Of a stretch of DNA of 64,000 nucleotides, positions 1-12,953 are shown piece after piece. Source of the stretch: Novakomyces olei (lineage: Eukaryota). Made by a program: the position numbers and the translations under genes. Each line of letters begins with the position of its first letter. Position 1 is the stretch's first letter. The DNA lies in the NCBI GenBank assembly GCA_016906335.1, contig JADEYG010000003.1, positions 1,054,001 to 1,118,000 of the forward strand, given 5' to 3'. Below the pieces are notes generated by a model. That model worked only from the letters and a program-made list of their open reading frames with translations. It was not told the DNA's origin and searched no databases.

Positions 1-730
1 GTAAAGAGAGTTGAGTTTTTGAGAGAAAAAGTCTGTGCGGCTTTGTAAGTTTAAAGGCTGAAAGAGTTGAAAAACCGTGAATGCAGGTAAGAGACAGGTA
101 TCTGCTAAAAACGCCTCTCTTGATCAGCTCTAAAGTTGTGGTGTGGGTTTCTTTGAGAAGAGCGTATGCGGTACACGGACCCGTCGAACAAAATAATATA
201 TGGGCGGAAAAGGGAGGAAAATTTACGCTTTAATTTTGCACCATAATTATTGGAGGGAACAAAGGTCAAGAAGGGTTTACAAGGGTTATATTACATTCGC
301 GATAGCTGTAATACTACTGCAATCTTACTTGTTGGTTTGTCAGGCGCGTGATGGACTAAATTTATGGATCGTGGTATTGGGACGTTGAGAATTAAAAGTA
401 ATGTTGGTGCACGTCATCTACGTTGCAAAAGCGGCCACAGCAGCCAATTAGCACGGCGGCTAATAGCTTTTATTGTACATAATTTGGAGACGTCAGAGGC
501 ACTATTGCATATTAATTAAATCATATCATACAAAGACACAAAGTCGTAGCATATAATCCTGGAAGCCGGCGCACGTTAAACGTTCAATCAGAGAGTATTT
601 AACCGCAGCCACAATTAAGTCAAAACTTTAAAAACAAATAAAAGGTAAGGATGCAGTTTCCGATATGTACAGGATGCAGGTAGAAAAAGGAACAACAGAA
701 ACGCAGACGTGTGTAACCTTAAAAGGCCAA

Positions 731-2489
731 TCAAGCAGAGGCCATCAGATTCTCGAACCGAAGACACAGTTCATCAGTCATCGAGGCTTTGGCATTTTGC
801 TGTCTCAAGCTTTCAGCAATTTGACCAACAATAAAAGCAGACCGAATATTCAGATTTCTTCTTTGTCGCTTGGCAAAAAACGCTTCATATATACCACACA
901 CCGTCTCCGCACCAGATCTGAGAGATGACGTGTAGTCATTCATGGAAATCACTCCGGCTGAAGCGGTAATTTGCTTGAGTAAAATCTCTATAAATACCAG
1001 GCTCACACAACCCAAGCCACACGTATCAATGCTGGCCTAAAATTATTAGTAAAACACGACTAAAGCTAGAGTAGCACAAAAGTAGATTAGAAAAAAAGTG
1101 AATTCGAAAAAAAGAAGAGTAGAAAAAATATAGATTGTAATAAAGTATGTAATAGAAGCTTTCGATCAAACTTACAGTCTCGCTGGCAGACGAACCCAGA
1201 ACCGTATAATATAGGGTCTCGAGCACCGTTTTCGATCCGCTAATCATTGCAATATTTTCATGGTAGCGTTCGCATACCTGCTGTCGTAGATACGGCGTGC
1301 AAACTTCAAAAAATCCTCGCTTAATAAGCAGGACGCAGGTGCTACATTTGCGTAAAGCACAGTGAACAGAGTACTTTGTGCCATCCATGAGCCCAAATCT
1401 CTGGAGTGTACTAAAGTAATGAATGTCTTGCCTTTCTCTTTCCATTTCGGCCAAATAAGCTGTATCTGCGTCCACTATGCGTGAGCTGATCGGTTCTTCG
1501 AAGAAAAGAGCCTGCATAAAAGCCAGAGAGCAATAAAGTCGCAGCTGCAGCTCTATTGCCACCACGAGACCGGGCGACAGTTTATTGAAACGGCGAGCTT
1601 CCAGGAGAGCTTGAACAATGTTTTTCCCCCCAATAGCATGGCGCCAGTACCCATCCCAATCGTTGCGATTTCGGCAGTAAGAACATAGGATTATGGTCAC
1701 AAGCAATACACGGAGAACATGAGCCTGATCCCACCGGAACAGCTGTATATCTTGCTGTGATCTCTGCAGGGCATTTATATAGAACAATATACCACTGTTC
1801 TCAGATATTGTCCCCATTGCCATTACTGAGCAGGAAGCAGCTTCAGAGGACATGATTGCAGGCACAAAGATATCACTTATGTTTGTTATCCAACCGTCGG
1901 CATAGACTGCGATATGGGGATCACAGGCCATTGACCACTCGGACAAGAAGAGCAATGTATTCTGCATTACTGCTGCTTTCCCAGTCAGTCGACAGTGCCA
2001 GGCGCCAGTATTTGCAGGAACAATTGAAATAGCTGTTTCGTTTGCAGCGACAGGGGCTGCCGTGGTTCCTTCATGAGCATAAACGCAGGCGATCCCATGC
2101 TTTGCACAGTTTGAGCACCTCGGTTTAGCTTCGTCGCATTTTACGCGCCGGCTGTAGTAAAAGTGTCATGTTAGAACGGCACAAGTAGGGAAAGCAGACG
2201 AAAAGTGGAAAGTAGGGGAAAAGTGTGAGACACACGAAGCGCAGACGTTCCTCAAAAAGTATAGCGAAACCGAGACAGAGCGGTATGAAACCGAGAGCGA
2301 AAGCAAACATGAAAACAAAACCAAAACCAAAACCAAAACCAAAAATAAATAAAAATAAAAATAAAACAAAAAAGCGCTGTACCTCTTGCACATGGCGCAT
2401 CCTTTGCGCGAGCGGCCTCGAGACTTGCGTAGAGGCTGGCGGCCTCTATGCTGTGAAAGAGAGTTACAAATATCAGGATCCGGTTTCAT
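731..2489 (-). CDS. Zn(II)2Cys6 fungal transcription factor, 3 exons (introns 2152-2382, 1037-1175)
   Basis: Splicing GTACAG...CTAAC...CAG rebuilds CAMCKSRRVKCDEAKPRCSNCAKHGIAC. The second intron (GTAAGT...CTAAT...TAG) joins ORF 1026..1967 in frame to ORF 731..1015. Confidence 0.8.
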
Positions 2490-3212
2490 GATTGGCGAGT
2501 TGATTGGGCATAGCAGCCAATTGATCAGAACCTTGTATTCTCGAGAGGCTTCTCTCCTGGTACAACTTGGTCAACTGATGAGATCTAAGATACGCCTTCC
2601 TATTAGGGACGCTACCCTTTTTTTCGTCCTTTAGGGACTTTTTGACCACCTTTGCAGCAATGTTTTTGATAGATTAGTAATGTGGTAATTTACTGCTTGA
2701 CGATTGTGGCAGGTGTATTGTTTGACGCACACCTGGGTACGAATAGCAATTCATAAGCCTTTCTGCGAAAAACCTTATAACAATCGTACTTGACACGCTA
2801 AGAAATAATACTGCTCGCGTGGTGATCTCTCCGCGCCGGCTCCGACATCCCCGACTGTGTATGGTGGGGACGTATCTGTTATTGGGCATAAATTAAAGTT
2901 ACATGACAGTTTATGTTTATGTTATACTTTTTCCTAAAGCAATGTACTGCTCTGTCAGATTAAACTATGAGTCCAATATTACTCTGCACGTGTCTCACTT
3001 TATTTCAGCACAGCAGTAGTACCGATGCGTAGAGAATGCCTCGTTGAGTCTACAAGCAGTGCGCTGATAGGAGTATGCTGATAGGAGCGCTTGCTGTACT
3101 GCAATAATCGATGGTGCAGCCAAACTTTATTATAGCACGTTCCACGGTATTAAATTTAGCAATGTTAGGTTTGAAGTACGTACGTAGGTAGGTACATACC
3201 AAAAGTGTCGAA

Positions 3213-3236
3213 ACACACACACACACACACACACAC
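3213..3236. repeat. (CA)n microsatellite
   Basis: About 12 CA units read directly. Confidence 0.95.
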
Positions 3237-3490
3237 CTTAGTTATAGTCGTATTTATATTATTCGGCTGGTAAAAGTGGAGACTTGCCAATCAGCCTTGT
3301 TGAACGGAGAGGGTTACCTTTTACCATTGCAGAGGATACAATCGGTCTGCTTTGATCGGATATCGAATATCAAGCTTGAGCCTTTAAGTGTACCATACTG
3401 AACATGATCTCACGGTTAGCCTGCGCAATGCTCGCCCGCGCACACGACCGCGCTTAAAAGTACGTGCACGGTCGAGGACTTGGCAATTTG

Positions 3491-3541
3491 GAGTCACTTT
3501 TGGGTCACTTTGGGTCACTTTGGGTCACTATTAGGGTCACA
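3491..3541 (+). repeat. (GGGTCACTTT)~5 tandem repeat immediately upstream of the MED12 ATG
   Basis: gagtcacttttgggtcactttgggtcactttgggtcactattagggtcac. Confidence 0.9.
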
Positions 3542-3543
3542 CC

Positions 3544-6500
3544 ATGAACAGTGTGAGCACACTGCCGAATGGAACGGATCCTACAAAAACGGAGACGCCT
3601 TACTCGTCCCTCCTCGGCGGGCCAACCGTGTTTGAAGCTGTCTACTATGCGCCCGAACAGAGCCCTCCGCTCACTGTCAAACAGATCCGCGACGGGCTTA
3701 CAACCCGCCCTGATGTTGCCGTAAGTCTAGTTGCTGCATACGCAGCTAGAAGTTTGCACCTTTTGGCTTTTCTATGCTTTGCCTCATGGCTTTTTTTTTT
3801 ATTTTTTATTTATTTTTAATTTATTTTTAATTATTTTTAATTATTTTTTTTTTTTAATTTTGCTTTTCCGTTTCGCATCACTCTTAACATATTCTTTTTC
3901 CGTCTCCACCGTTTGGTCTCCACCGGTTGGCCTCTACCGTTTGCCTTCTCTTCCAAGCTTCACTATCGCCAGTTCTAACGTTGGTCAGCAAGATGTGGCA
4001 TTAAGGCGGGTACGCTTTTCAGAAAAGCTTGGGTCGTACACGCGTCTTGGCGCGCTAGCCCGCACGGCTTTACGCTACAGGCCACAGCTAAAGTATTTTA
4101 TAAGCAAACCGCCTCCACGGGTATCACAAACAGAGGCTAAAAAAGCACAATGGCTCGCTGACTTGGCCAACCCTCGTTTACCGCTGGAGAGTCTGTCAAA
4201 ATTGATCCCTCATGGAATCCGCGGCAAGGGTCTGGTGCAGGTCTGTACAGCCCGAGAAATTCCTGTGCAGAGAGCCAAATGGATAATCCAGTGTGTCAGC
4301 ATCAACGAGGTCCGTGGCTTGCAAAGGCTGAGGGGCGATATGGTCGTGGGCTACAGCCAATGGTTCGAGGAGTGGACGGCTACCGTCTGTGAGTGCTATG
4401 ACGACTATGCTCGCACCGAACCTTCCAAGGCGCTGTACGTTTTGCGCTTGCTCGTTGTCCTTCTAACCGAGGGACTGATCAACGCTGCGCTAGTAGCTCA
4501 GTGGGCACTCTTACACTGCCGGCAAGAAAGCGATCCGTCTTTTCCAGCTGCTGTTCAGCTGAAGCAGACACTTCAAGAGATGGGGTTTGCTTTTAGCTCT
4601 GCTCCGGGTATAAGCACGGGTCCCAGCACTGCACAGCCACTCCCATTTCTCTTGTTTGCACCACCCAAATCAGCCAGTTCTAAAGGCGAGGCTGGCGATG
4701 ACAGAGACAAGGCAGAACTGCTTTCGCTACTCACCGTGTATGAACAAACGCGGAACTTTAAGCTCCTTTCGCCTGCTTTTCTCAGCGTCGGATCAACTGC
4801 GACCCAGATCCATGTGCTCTTTGAATGGTGCGTTACTTGTGCGGGTTGTGCTCTGCTCCCACATCGTTGGGCCTGTGCTGTCGGGCTTTTGAGGATGGTG
4901 GATTTTCCGATTGTGAGGAAGCTTGTAATGTTTCTTTGCACACACGACTATAGTGTAAGGGCAATGGCGCTTTTCCTGAGAGAACTGCTTTATACGCGGC
5001 TGGCTACAATGAACAAAATTGGGTCGGAACTAAGTGCATTGGGTATTTCTTTTACTGCTGCTTCCAAGGACGAGTCGTTATTGCGCTGCAAACGAGTGCT
5101 ACAGCAAACAATATGCGCCTGGCCACAGTTTTATACCTATGGAGGAATAAAGGCACCTCCCGATCCATCAACAGCAGAGCTCTTCTACCTTGTTTGCGGT
5201 TGCAAGCAGCAGATAGACTCACAGGAAAAGGAAAAAAGTATCCAAAATTCCCGGTTGCAGAACGATCTCGTCTCGAAACTGTTGCTCGTAGAGTATAGAG
5301 CTCCTGTGCTGGAAAAGCTCAAGCAGGTACTGCACAAGGCCTTCCCTCAGGACTCTGTGGCTGATGCTGTACGGTTCCAGCTTTATCTGGCCAGACAAAA
5401 CTTGCGGAGGACGGCAGTGGCAGTTGCAGAGTACTCTCAATTTCTAACAGCAGAGGCAACAAAATTGCATCAAATGCACAATAAATTGCAGTGGCAAATT
5501 ACCGCAAATGATCTGGCACTCGCTCATTGTGCTTGTTCACTATACCACCCACATCACTCGGATTCCAGACAACACTTGTCGCCTGAATTTTCCCGTTCCG
5601 ACGCAACCAGCGTTCACAGCGCTGCTGCCATGCAGTGCTTTGTACGAGCGGCAAGGGAGCGAGCTGCAATTTTAAAGGAGAAAGGGGACAACCAGGAATC
5701 TGCTGCCGGCCGAAATGATGACGAAACTAAGCGGAATGAACAAGATACAAAGGCACAAAAGCAAAACTGCCAGACTCTGCATTTGGCCACACAGCTTGAT
5801 CTCTTATGGGCCTTGTTACCTGGTGTAGCTGATGGAAACATGGCAGAAGCCTTTCGCGAATGGTCGGCGCCCCTTCGTCGAGCCCAAACTTGGAATCAAA
5901 TGCAGGAAGCGGCTACGTCAACCCTAACCCTAACCCTAAAAAACAAAAGTTTAGGTTCGTACGCGCCGTGGTTCATGCAGCTGATTAACTTGCTACCGGA
6001 CTGGAAGTGTTTACTTCCGCAGACTGCCGCGAGCTACAGACCGCTGCTACATCACGCAGCAGAGGCAGTCGCGTGGCTGAGAAGACGGGTGGCAGAACTG
6101 GCAATTGCTGCAGAACTGGCAGAAGCCTCTGATTATCTGCTGGCCTCGATATTGCAAGAGCCAAGACAGTTTGAAGTTTTGAATGTACCGCAACTACTAC
6201 CGCAAATTACTACGCTTTTGAAAAATGTACTAGATTCCGGTCCAATTCCTCGTTGGCCTCTAAGCTCAGCTTTACGTGATGTTGCAGGGGTCTATGTATG
6301 TCTGACGGGACGGGAAGCTGATTGCCCCAGCGAAAGCGGGACAATATTGCAAGGTAGTTACCTGTCAGACTTTGCTGTGTTTCACTTGGCAGGATCTGGG
6401 AAAGCTTCGGGCAGTAATAATCGCGATATCAATCTGCAGCAAGACTCCAAACTTTCTCGGGACAACGGCAAACCGTTTGCACAGAATCAGGATAGCACGG

Positions 6501-6745
6501 CTGCAGATTCAAATAGTCAGCAGGTGGATGACGTTGTTATCGCCGATCAGGATACGGAGCAGCATAGCCGGTTTTTTGGGTTATATTATCAAAATAAAGG
6601 CGAGCGCACTCGCTTTTATAGGCCGTGGCAGACTATTCAAAACACGTCTGGTCAGGGCAAAGACGCGGACAAAGTGCCGAGCGCGATGCTTGAGTTTGAT
6701 GTGATGGCAAGCGACGCTTACAATCTGACAATCCGCAACTTGTGA
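3544..6745 (+). CDS. MED12: Mediator kinase-module subunit Med12/Srb8, 2 exons (intron 3721-3988)
   Basis: Med12 signature WLADLANPRLPLESLSKLIPHGIRGKGL...IPVQRAKWII. The GTAAGT...CTAAC...CAG intron joins ORF 3544 to ORF 3731..6745 in phase 0. Confidence 0.85.
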
Positions 6746-7004
6746 ATATCGCTGGCGGGTTTAGATATGATGATAATTTTTATGACGGAGGACTAATTAG
6801 ATTTATTTTGGATGTACAATATAAAGTTTATTTTGGAGAAACGTTTATCCAAATTGTTGAAGCATCTAGAAAATTAGATGTAAAAATATACAATGTAAGT
6901 CCATCCTTTTGCGTATACAGGATAAACGTATTTTCAAATTCATCTTATCTCGAAAACACCTTTCTGCTCAGGAGACAACTTGCATAAATCTACAACATTT
7001 CCGT

Positions 7005-9103
7005 CTAATCGAGCCATAGATCCATAAAAGCATCAACATCGTACTCGCCCAGCTTCTCTACAGACTCTGTTGCACGTAAAATGTCTTCGATTCTTTCAGG
7101 ACTAAAACGCGTTTCCGTTTGACGACGAAACTTTTCAATGAGCAGAGGAATTCCTTCAGCCCGGCGGTTTCGATGGCCGACTGGATACTCTACAAACTCC
7201 TCCGGCAATTGAGTGCCATCTTTCAAGGTGATAGCAAGTCCATTGCCAATTGCTCGCCGAGAAGGATCGTGATAAGCTGCAGTGATGTCATCGTCTTGAA
7301 CACAGATTATTCTAGATCTCAAAGCGTCAATTCGTGCATCAGCGGCGATATCGTCCAAATAATCCAAAGCAGTCAAACGGCCAAAGAGAAGGGGTACTGC
7401 CACCATGTACTGGATACAGTGATCACGATCAGCATAATTCGAGAGCGGGCCCTGCTTGTCGATGATGTCGACACAGGCTTGCTGTGTACGGATTTTTACA
7501 CTGGCAATATCTTCCGAGGCGGATAGTCCGACAGCTGCTAATTTATGATGCAGCGAAAGAGCTGCTTCCACCGCAGTTTGCTGCAACGTTAGGATCGATT
7601 CGTAAGCCACATATATTTAAAAACGAAACAATGATGGATCCATTCGTGGAAATCAAAACAACAAAAATTAATACATTAAAACTAATAATGAAATAAAAAA
7701 TAAAAAATGAAAACCAGAAAACCAGAAAACATTCCGACGCAGCAATCATATGTTTTGTGATATCTGGTAAGGTAACATTGGGCAAGCGGATAATAGGCCT
7801 GACGCTATTCAAATTCACAAGCCGAGACGAAAAGGAAGAGCCAGTAAATGTATAAATAGAGATTCAAATACATGTAAAACGCGAGGCAAGAATAAAGCAA
7901 CTTACCGCATGAAACTCTGCAGGAAACGAGATCTTGAAGAGCACATTTTCCATGACATAAGAGCCAAAATCGCGTTGAAATGTAAAAGGTTTACCCTTGA
8001 ACGCTACATCATAAAACCCCCCTAAATGGTTAAAAGAATGGATAATTTCGTAAAGCAAGCTTACATCGAGGAGCGGTTAAAACATACGGGACAGGACCGA
8101 CTCCGTTCTTCACCATAAGAGCTAGATTCACGGCTTTAGCGATACTATCACCTGCCGCCCAGCTTTTCCTGCTCATTGTGTTTGGCGCGTGACGATAAGT
8201 TCGCAGGGAAGCTCCATCAACAAACGCGTGAGAAACAGCAGCAATAATCTGCTCTCGTGAGCAGTCCAAAAGGTCGGCAACAACAGCAGCAGTGGCCACT
8301 TTGCACAGCAAAACGTGGTCCAGCCCAACTTTATTGAACGAATTTTCTAGTGCTAAAACCCCCTGGATTTCGTGTGCCTTGATCAAGCTTTCCATAACGG
8401 TGCGCATCTGAAATGGTGGCCGACCCGAGGCACGATTGCTGCGGGACAGCCAATCGGCCACTGCCAAAATGCCACCGAGATTGTCTGAAGGATGGCCCCA
8501 TTCGGCAGCTAGTTGTAAGCTTGCAGATTTAAAAAGCGTATAATAGTAATGAATAGATGAACAGTAACAATAAGTGAATAGACATCTGAACAGTGACAAT
8601 AAATGAATAGGTAAACAGTGACAATGGCTGTATACAACGGCGCCAACGAAACACAAAAAAATTCAATTATAAAGAAAAGCTTAGATTAAAGCAGGCTGAA
8701 ATCAAAACTCAAAGATCGATCAGAACAATTGCCACCACTTACCCAGCCAGGTATCATTGAAATCCTCCCAGCGGATCATTGTGGAGATATTGAAAGCAGC
8801 ACGCACTGGATCTAGCTCGTAACTAGTGCCAGGCACACGTGCCCCGTTTGGCACAATTGTCCCTGGAACAATCGGTCCAAGGAGCGAAGTGCACGGCTTG
8901 TGCCTCAGGGCCGCCATAGCACACCCGAGCGAGTCGAGAATATCAAGACGGCTCGTCTCGAGCGCTAAAGCCGAACTGACTCGGTAGTCGTGCGCATAGT
9001 CTGCGATACGCTGCAGCACTGTATCACAAGAGCCAGACAATTGCGTCATTTTCCTTCGAGACGACGGGAAAATAAAAGTTTGCAGTCGACGACGCGTAAG
9101 CAT
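7005..9103 (-). CDS. PDH1: 2-methylcitrate dehydratase (MmgE/PrpD family), 4 exons (introns 8509-8742, 8022-8064, 7581-7905); second in-frame ATG at 9049
   Basis: Motifs [62 protein letters not shown]. Confidence 0.93.
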
Positions 9104-10344
9104 AGGCGGATTATTACACAAGTGCCGTCCGGAATCTGGGGTAGTTAATACGGGGTAGACGGGAATAATATATTACCACGCCATTATCCCAACACTATAG
9201 TGTGTCGTTCCTTTATACTTTAAACCGTGCCTTTGTAAATAAAGTAGGTTAGAAAAGGTATCGTAAATAGTACAGAAAAAGAATAGAAAAGGGGTTGTAA
9301 AGTAGTGTTGAAAAAGTAGAATAGAAAAATAAGTATACAAAAAGTATCGTTAGCCGTTGTATCGTACAGGAACATACTTTACATAATAAAACTCTAAGTA
9401 ATGGTTACTCATAACGGTGGACCCTTGCGTTGTGCCTTTTTCACGATGTTACTTGTGCTATTCGTAGTTTATCTGCAATACGCAAATCTTATTCACGTGC
9501 AATCCGCATCCACGTGGTTGGGAAAGCCGATTGCGCAAAAGCACGAGCAGAATGAGTATTGCTACTCTGCCATTGAATCCTCAAATGATGGAGACGATAA
9601 TACGAATGTGATCGTCACAAACAAAAAGACCGAGTGTACAAAAACCTTTACAATTGTACGAAGCACTCTGACAGAAGGCTCGTTTTATGTGAACGTCGTG
9701 CGTCGTTGTTGCACACACTCGAATCTCTTCCATAAATCATTATAAATAATATTAATACGACTGCACTACCTTTATCTGCACTGCATCGTATATTTTGCGC
9801 AGTGTATGTATGGATAATTGAATCATATGTTTACGAAATCATATACATATCAGTAAATCTCAATCAATAATAAATAAATATAAACAAGGACGGCAGACTT
9901 GAGGCGGTTTTACGATCGGCGATATTGCGAGCGGAGTGTAAAGGCTTGCATTATTATTTAGTCGGCCGCTGCAATTGAAGCAATTCCGCAAGGCCCGGCC
10001 GGCTTCCTGATTCTATAATGGCTCGGAACAAAGGTTTCTACTAGACGATCGCCCTTTTGAGCATAAAGAGCCGTTTGATTCAGAGACAGTTCCTTCTCGA
10101 AGTCTCCCGCAGACTTTTAGCCAGATCTTTTGATTTTACACTTTGCCCGAGTCCAATTTCGCCAGGCAAATCACGCCCGTGCTGGACTATCTGATCTCTA
10201 TCTCCATCTTTATCCCTTATCTACTGCTCTTTTGTTCCTTTTCAAAAGGCCACTCTCAGATCTACAGGCAGTACACATCCGTCCCCTTGCCTTTTGGCCC
10301 TTGTGAATTTGCCAGTTCCATATTCTACTGACTCGCTCCCGGCA

Positions 10345-12228
10345 ATGTCGTCGACTTACTCTTCCGCATCAATGGACGGTGACGTGTACGTAATACGGCT
10401 CGCTCAGTTTATTCAGAGCAACGAACGGCGGCTTGCAGCCGTACATCACGGCCTCGGCGAGTCGGCTCGACTCCGCAGTGGCGTAGAAGCTTACATGTCG
10501 CTTCCATTCAGTATAAATGGCGGTTCTAGGGCTGTTCGAGCTGTTACGCTCCACTTGACGCCTCATCACCTGTACTACTTGCTCGACCGTATGGAAAACT
10601 TGGGTGCGAACGTGGGTCCGCTCGACGTACGGTGCCGCACTGAAGATGGTGCCAGCATCGACTCTGAGCATTACCCTTTCCCCTCCGGCGATTATACTGC
10701 CAACAATAATAATTCTGCCAGCAACAATAGTATAAACAATAGCAATAATGGCACGAATACTGCTGGTCATCTTACAGACGGAGCCAATTACGTCTCCTTC
10801 CTACACGGCCGACAGCATTTACCGGACAGCAGTGACGGGGCTTCGATAAGGAGTGTTACTAGTGTGCAAAGCGCACTGTCAGGCATTTCTTCCGTGTGGT
10901 CTCGAATGACAATGTCCGCTGCCAGTCTGGAAGCAAGACGCGCAAGTGCCGTACTCAACTTGAAGTACCTGCTGTCTGCATTCACTAAACTGCCCTCGCT
11001 GCGTGTAGCCCCAGACTCAAGGGCCCCTGTAATAGAGGGCTATGAGGAGTTCCCCTTTGAAACAGCAGTGCCCCTCGTTATCTTTAAAAACCTGAGTAGC
11101 CTCGAGATTAGCGAGTACTCTATCAGATCGTTTACCGGGTGGGATATTGTCGCTAAGCAGCTGCGGTCTCTTGTTGTGCGGCACGCTCACTGCAATCTCA
11201 GCGAGGTGCTGCTCGCTGAGGATTCAAGCGACGAAAGCCAGAGACGTCGTCATCGAAGTGCAAGGCACTCGGAGGCGAATACAGTGTCAAACGCACATTC
11301 GCATTCAACTACGAGCTTGAGCACTGCCTCCTCGTCATTTACACGCACAAAATGCCGCTCAGGACCAGGGCTGAAACGTGTTAATACCAATGGGTCTTAT
11401 AGTTCTGCTAGCAGTACACAGACTCACACCCGGAGCCGCAGTCGGAGTGGGAGCAAAAGTCCGCCGGGCGATCCTGGAACAGATGAGAATAAGACGGACA
11501 GGTGGAGGTTTTTGCAGTACTTGGCTGTCCCATCGAACGGCATTTCTAGAGTCAGCAGCGAGTGTATGGCTGCTGTATCTGCCTCGTTGTTATCATTCAA
11601 TCTGTCCCACAACCTGCTCACTGCTATTCCCTCAAGCCTGGGCATTTTAAGCCGACTGCAGTCGCTTAATATCGGGTACAATAAATTGACAGACTTGAAC
11701 TTTTCCTCGGCAGAGGGCAGCAACGGCAGGTTTGGTATTGAACTGCCCGAGTTACGTACACTTGTTTTGAGAGGCAATTGCCTACATTCGCTCGTGGGGG
11801 TCGATAGGTTCCCTCTACTTGAACGACTAGACGTCCGCGACAATCTACTGCCTGAACCGCTGGCGCTGGCGCCCGCGGCCAGTGCAAAGCTGCCCAGACT
11901 ACGGCAAATTTGGGTACAGGGCAATCCCTTTTGCCGGACTCACTCGTCGGCTTTTAGAGTAGCAATTTTCAATTTGTTCCGTGATACTCGGGGGACACAT
12001 GTTGCCCAGTCAGGGGTGGATATTGTCCTCGACGATTCGCCGCCCGGTATTCTAGAGAGAAGAAGCCTCGTTGAGCTGTGCAATGTCAATCTTGCCCTCG
12101 ATTCTAGAATCGAGTCTGTTCGGGAGAACACTTTTGAGACCGTTGTCGGCCGACGCAGTGAGACTGTGCAAGGCCGTAAGGTACACGGCGGAGCTGCTCG
12201 CCGTGTCGTTGAGTTGGACTCGACTTGA
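10345..12228 (+). CDS. Conserved fungal leucine-rich-repeat protein (nischarin-like LRR)
   Basis: C-terminal LRRs (LSFNLSHNLL, LNIGYNKL, LVLRGNCL, LDVRDNLL, WVQGNPF) and a conserved N-terminal block LTPHHLYYLL...IEGYEEFPFETAVPL. Confidence 0.75.
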   Translation: MSSTYSSASMDGDVYVIRLAQFIQSNERRLAAVHHGLGESARLRSGVEAYMSLPFSINGGSRAVRAVTLHLTPHHLYYLLDRMENLGANVGPLDVRCRTEDGASIDSEHYPFPSGDYTANNNNSASNNSINNSNNGTNTAGHLTDGANYVSFLHGRQHLPDSSDGASIRSVTSVQSALSGISSVWSRMTMSAASLEARRASAVLNLKYLLSAFTKLPSLRVAPDSRAPVIEGYEEFPFETAVPLVIFKNLSSLEISEYSIRSFTGWDIVAKQLRSLVVRHAHCNLSEVLLAEDSSDESQRRRHRSARHSEANTVSNAHSHSTTSLSTASSSFTRTKCRSGPGLKRVNTNGSYSSASSTQTHTRSRSRSGSKSPPGDPGTDENKTDRWRFLQYLAVPSNGISRVSSECMAAVSASLLSFNLSHNLLTAIPSSLGILSRLQSLNIGYNKLTDLNFSSAEGSNGRFGIELPELRTLVLRGNCLHSLVGVDRFPLLERLDVRDNLLPEPLALAPAASAKLPRLRQIWVQGNPFCRTHSSAFRVAIFNLFRDTRGTHVAQSGVDIVLDDSPPGILERRSLVELCNVNLALDSRIESVRENTFETVVGRRSETVQGRKVHGGAARRVVELDST

Positions 12229-12675
12229 TATATATATCTATATTTATGTATCTTTTATATTTTTGGTATATGTGGAGATATCGTTCGGTTTGACTGTCAG
12301 ATTTGCATGCTGATATGTCTAATTGTTTATACTGTTGTTCATTATGATGTTTTGCTGACTTTTTATGCTCCCCGTTTCCTCTCACTTCACGGCGAGCATT
12401 TGTACAAGTATCTATCAGTTTTGTTATGACGCCTAATGATGTTTTGCCTTTGTATTTGCATTTCTATGATTACTCCAAGTATACAGCTATGATTTTGTGG
12501 CATATTAATAATTGCAAACTCTTTGTTTATTACCAGTCTTGTGTGTATTTTAAGATTCATTGTTGATGTACGACAATACTTGCGTGTATTTTATAAGCAC
12601 TCAACAATTTACTCCCTTTCCAGTAGTACTTTGCTCGTTTAGAATGAATCTTGTACAGTGTTTGGATTGATTGAT

Positions 12676-12765
12676 GAATAATAATAATAAATAATAAATA
12701 ATAAATAATAAATAATAAATAATAAATAATAAATAATAAATAATAAATAATAAATATAAAATATA
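12676..12765. repeat. (AATAATA)n AT-rich microsatellite between convergent genes
   Basis: ataataaataataaataataa... read directly. Confidence 0.9.
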
Positions 12766-12953
12766 AATTCATGATGTATGACAAATTTTTATTCACTTAT
12801 TCGTATACGAATCTAAAATATCCTACTCCGGTCTCGCAATATTCCATTCATTCATTAATCTATGATACCCCACCGAATACCATATTCCACGGATACAACA
12901 CACATTATACTAATCACTCGAATGCTTTTTCCTTTTCATATTCACATTTCTTT

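Noticed and set aside
3365..3430. TPP-riboswitch-like words (TGAACATGATCT)
   Set aside because: Lacks the CTGAGA and GATAATACCAGCG elements, and no thiamine gene is nearby.
731..9103. Propionate cluster of the Zn2Cys6 TF with PDH1
   Set aside because: Separated by MED12, and no methylcitrate synthase or lyase in the window.
7005..9103. Apparent fragmentation (pseudogene) of PDH1, ERS1, RRP8, SAR1 and MCT1 in the ORF track
   Set aside because: All breaks are explained by frame-restoring spliceosomal introns.
9401..9745. 114-aa intergenic ORF
   Set aside because: No recognisable motif; lies in a divergent promoter region.
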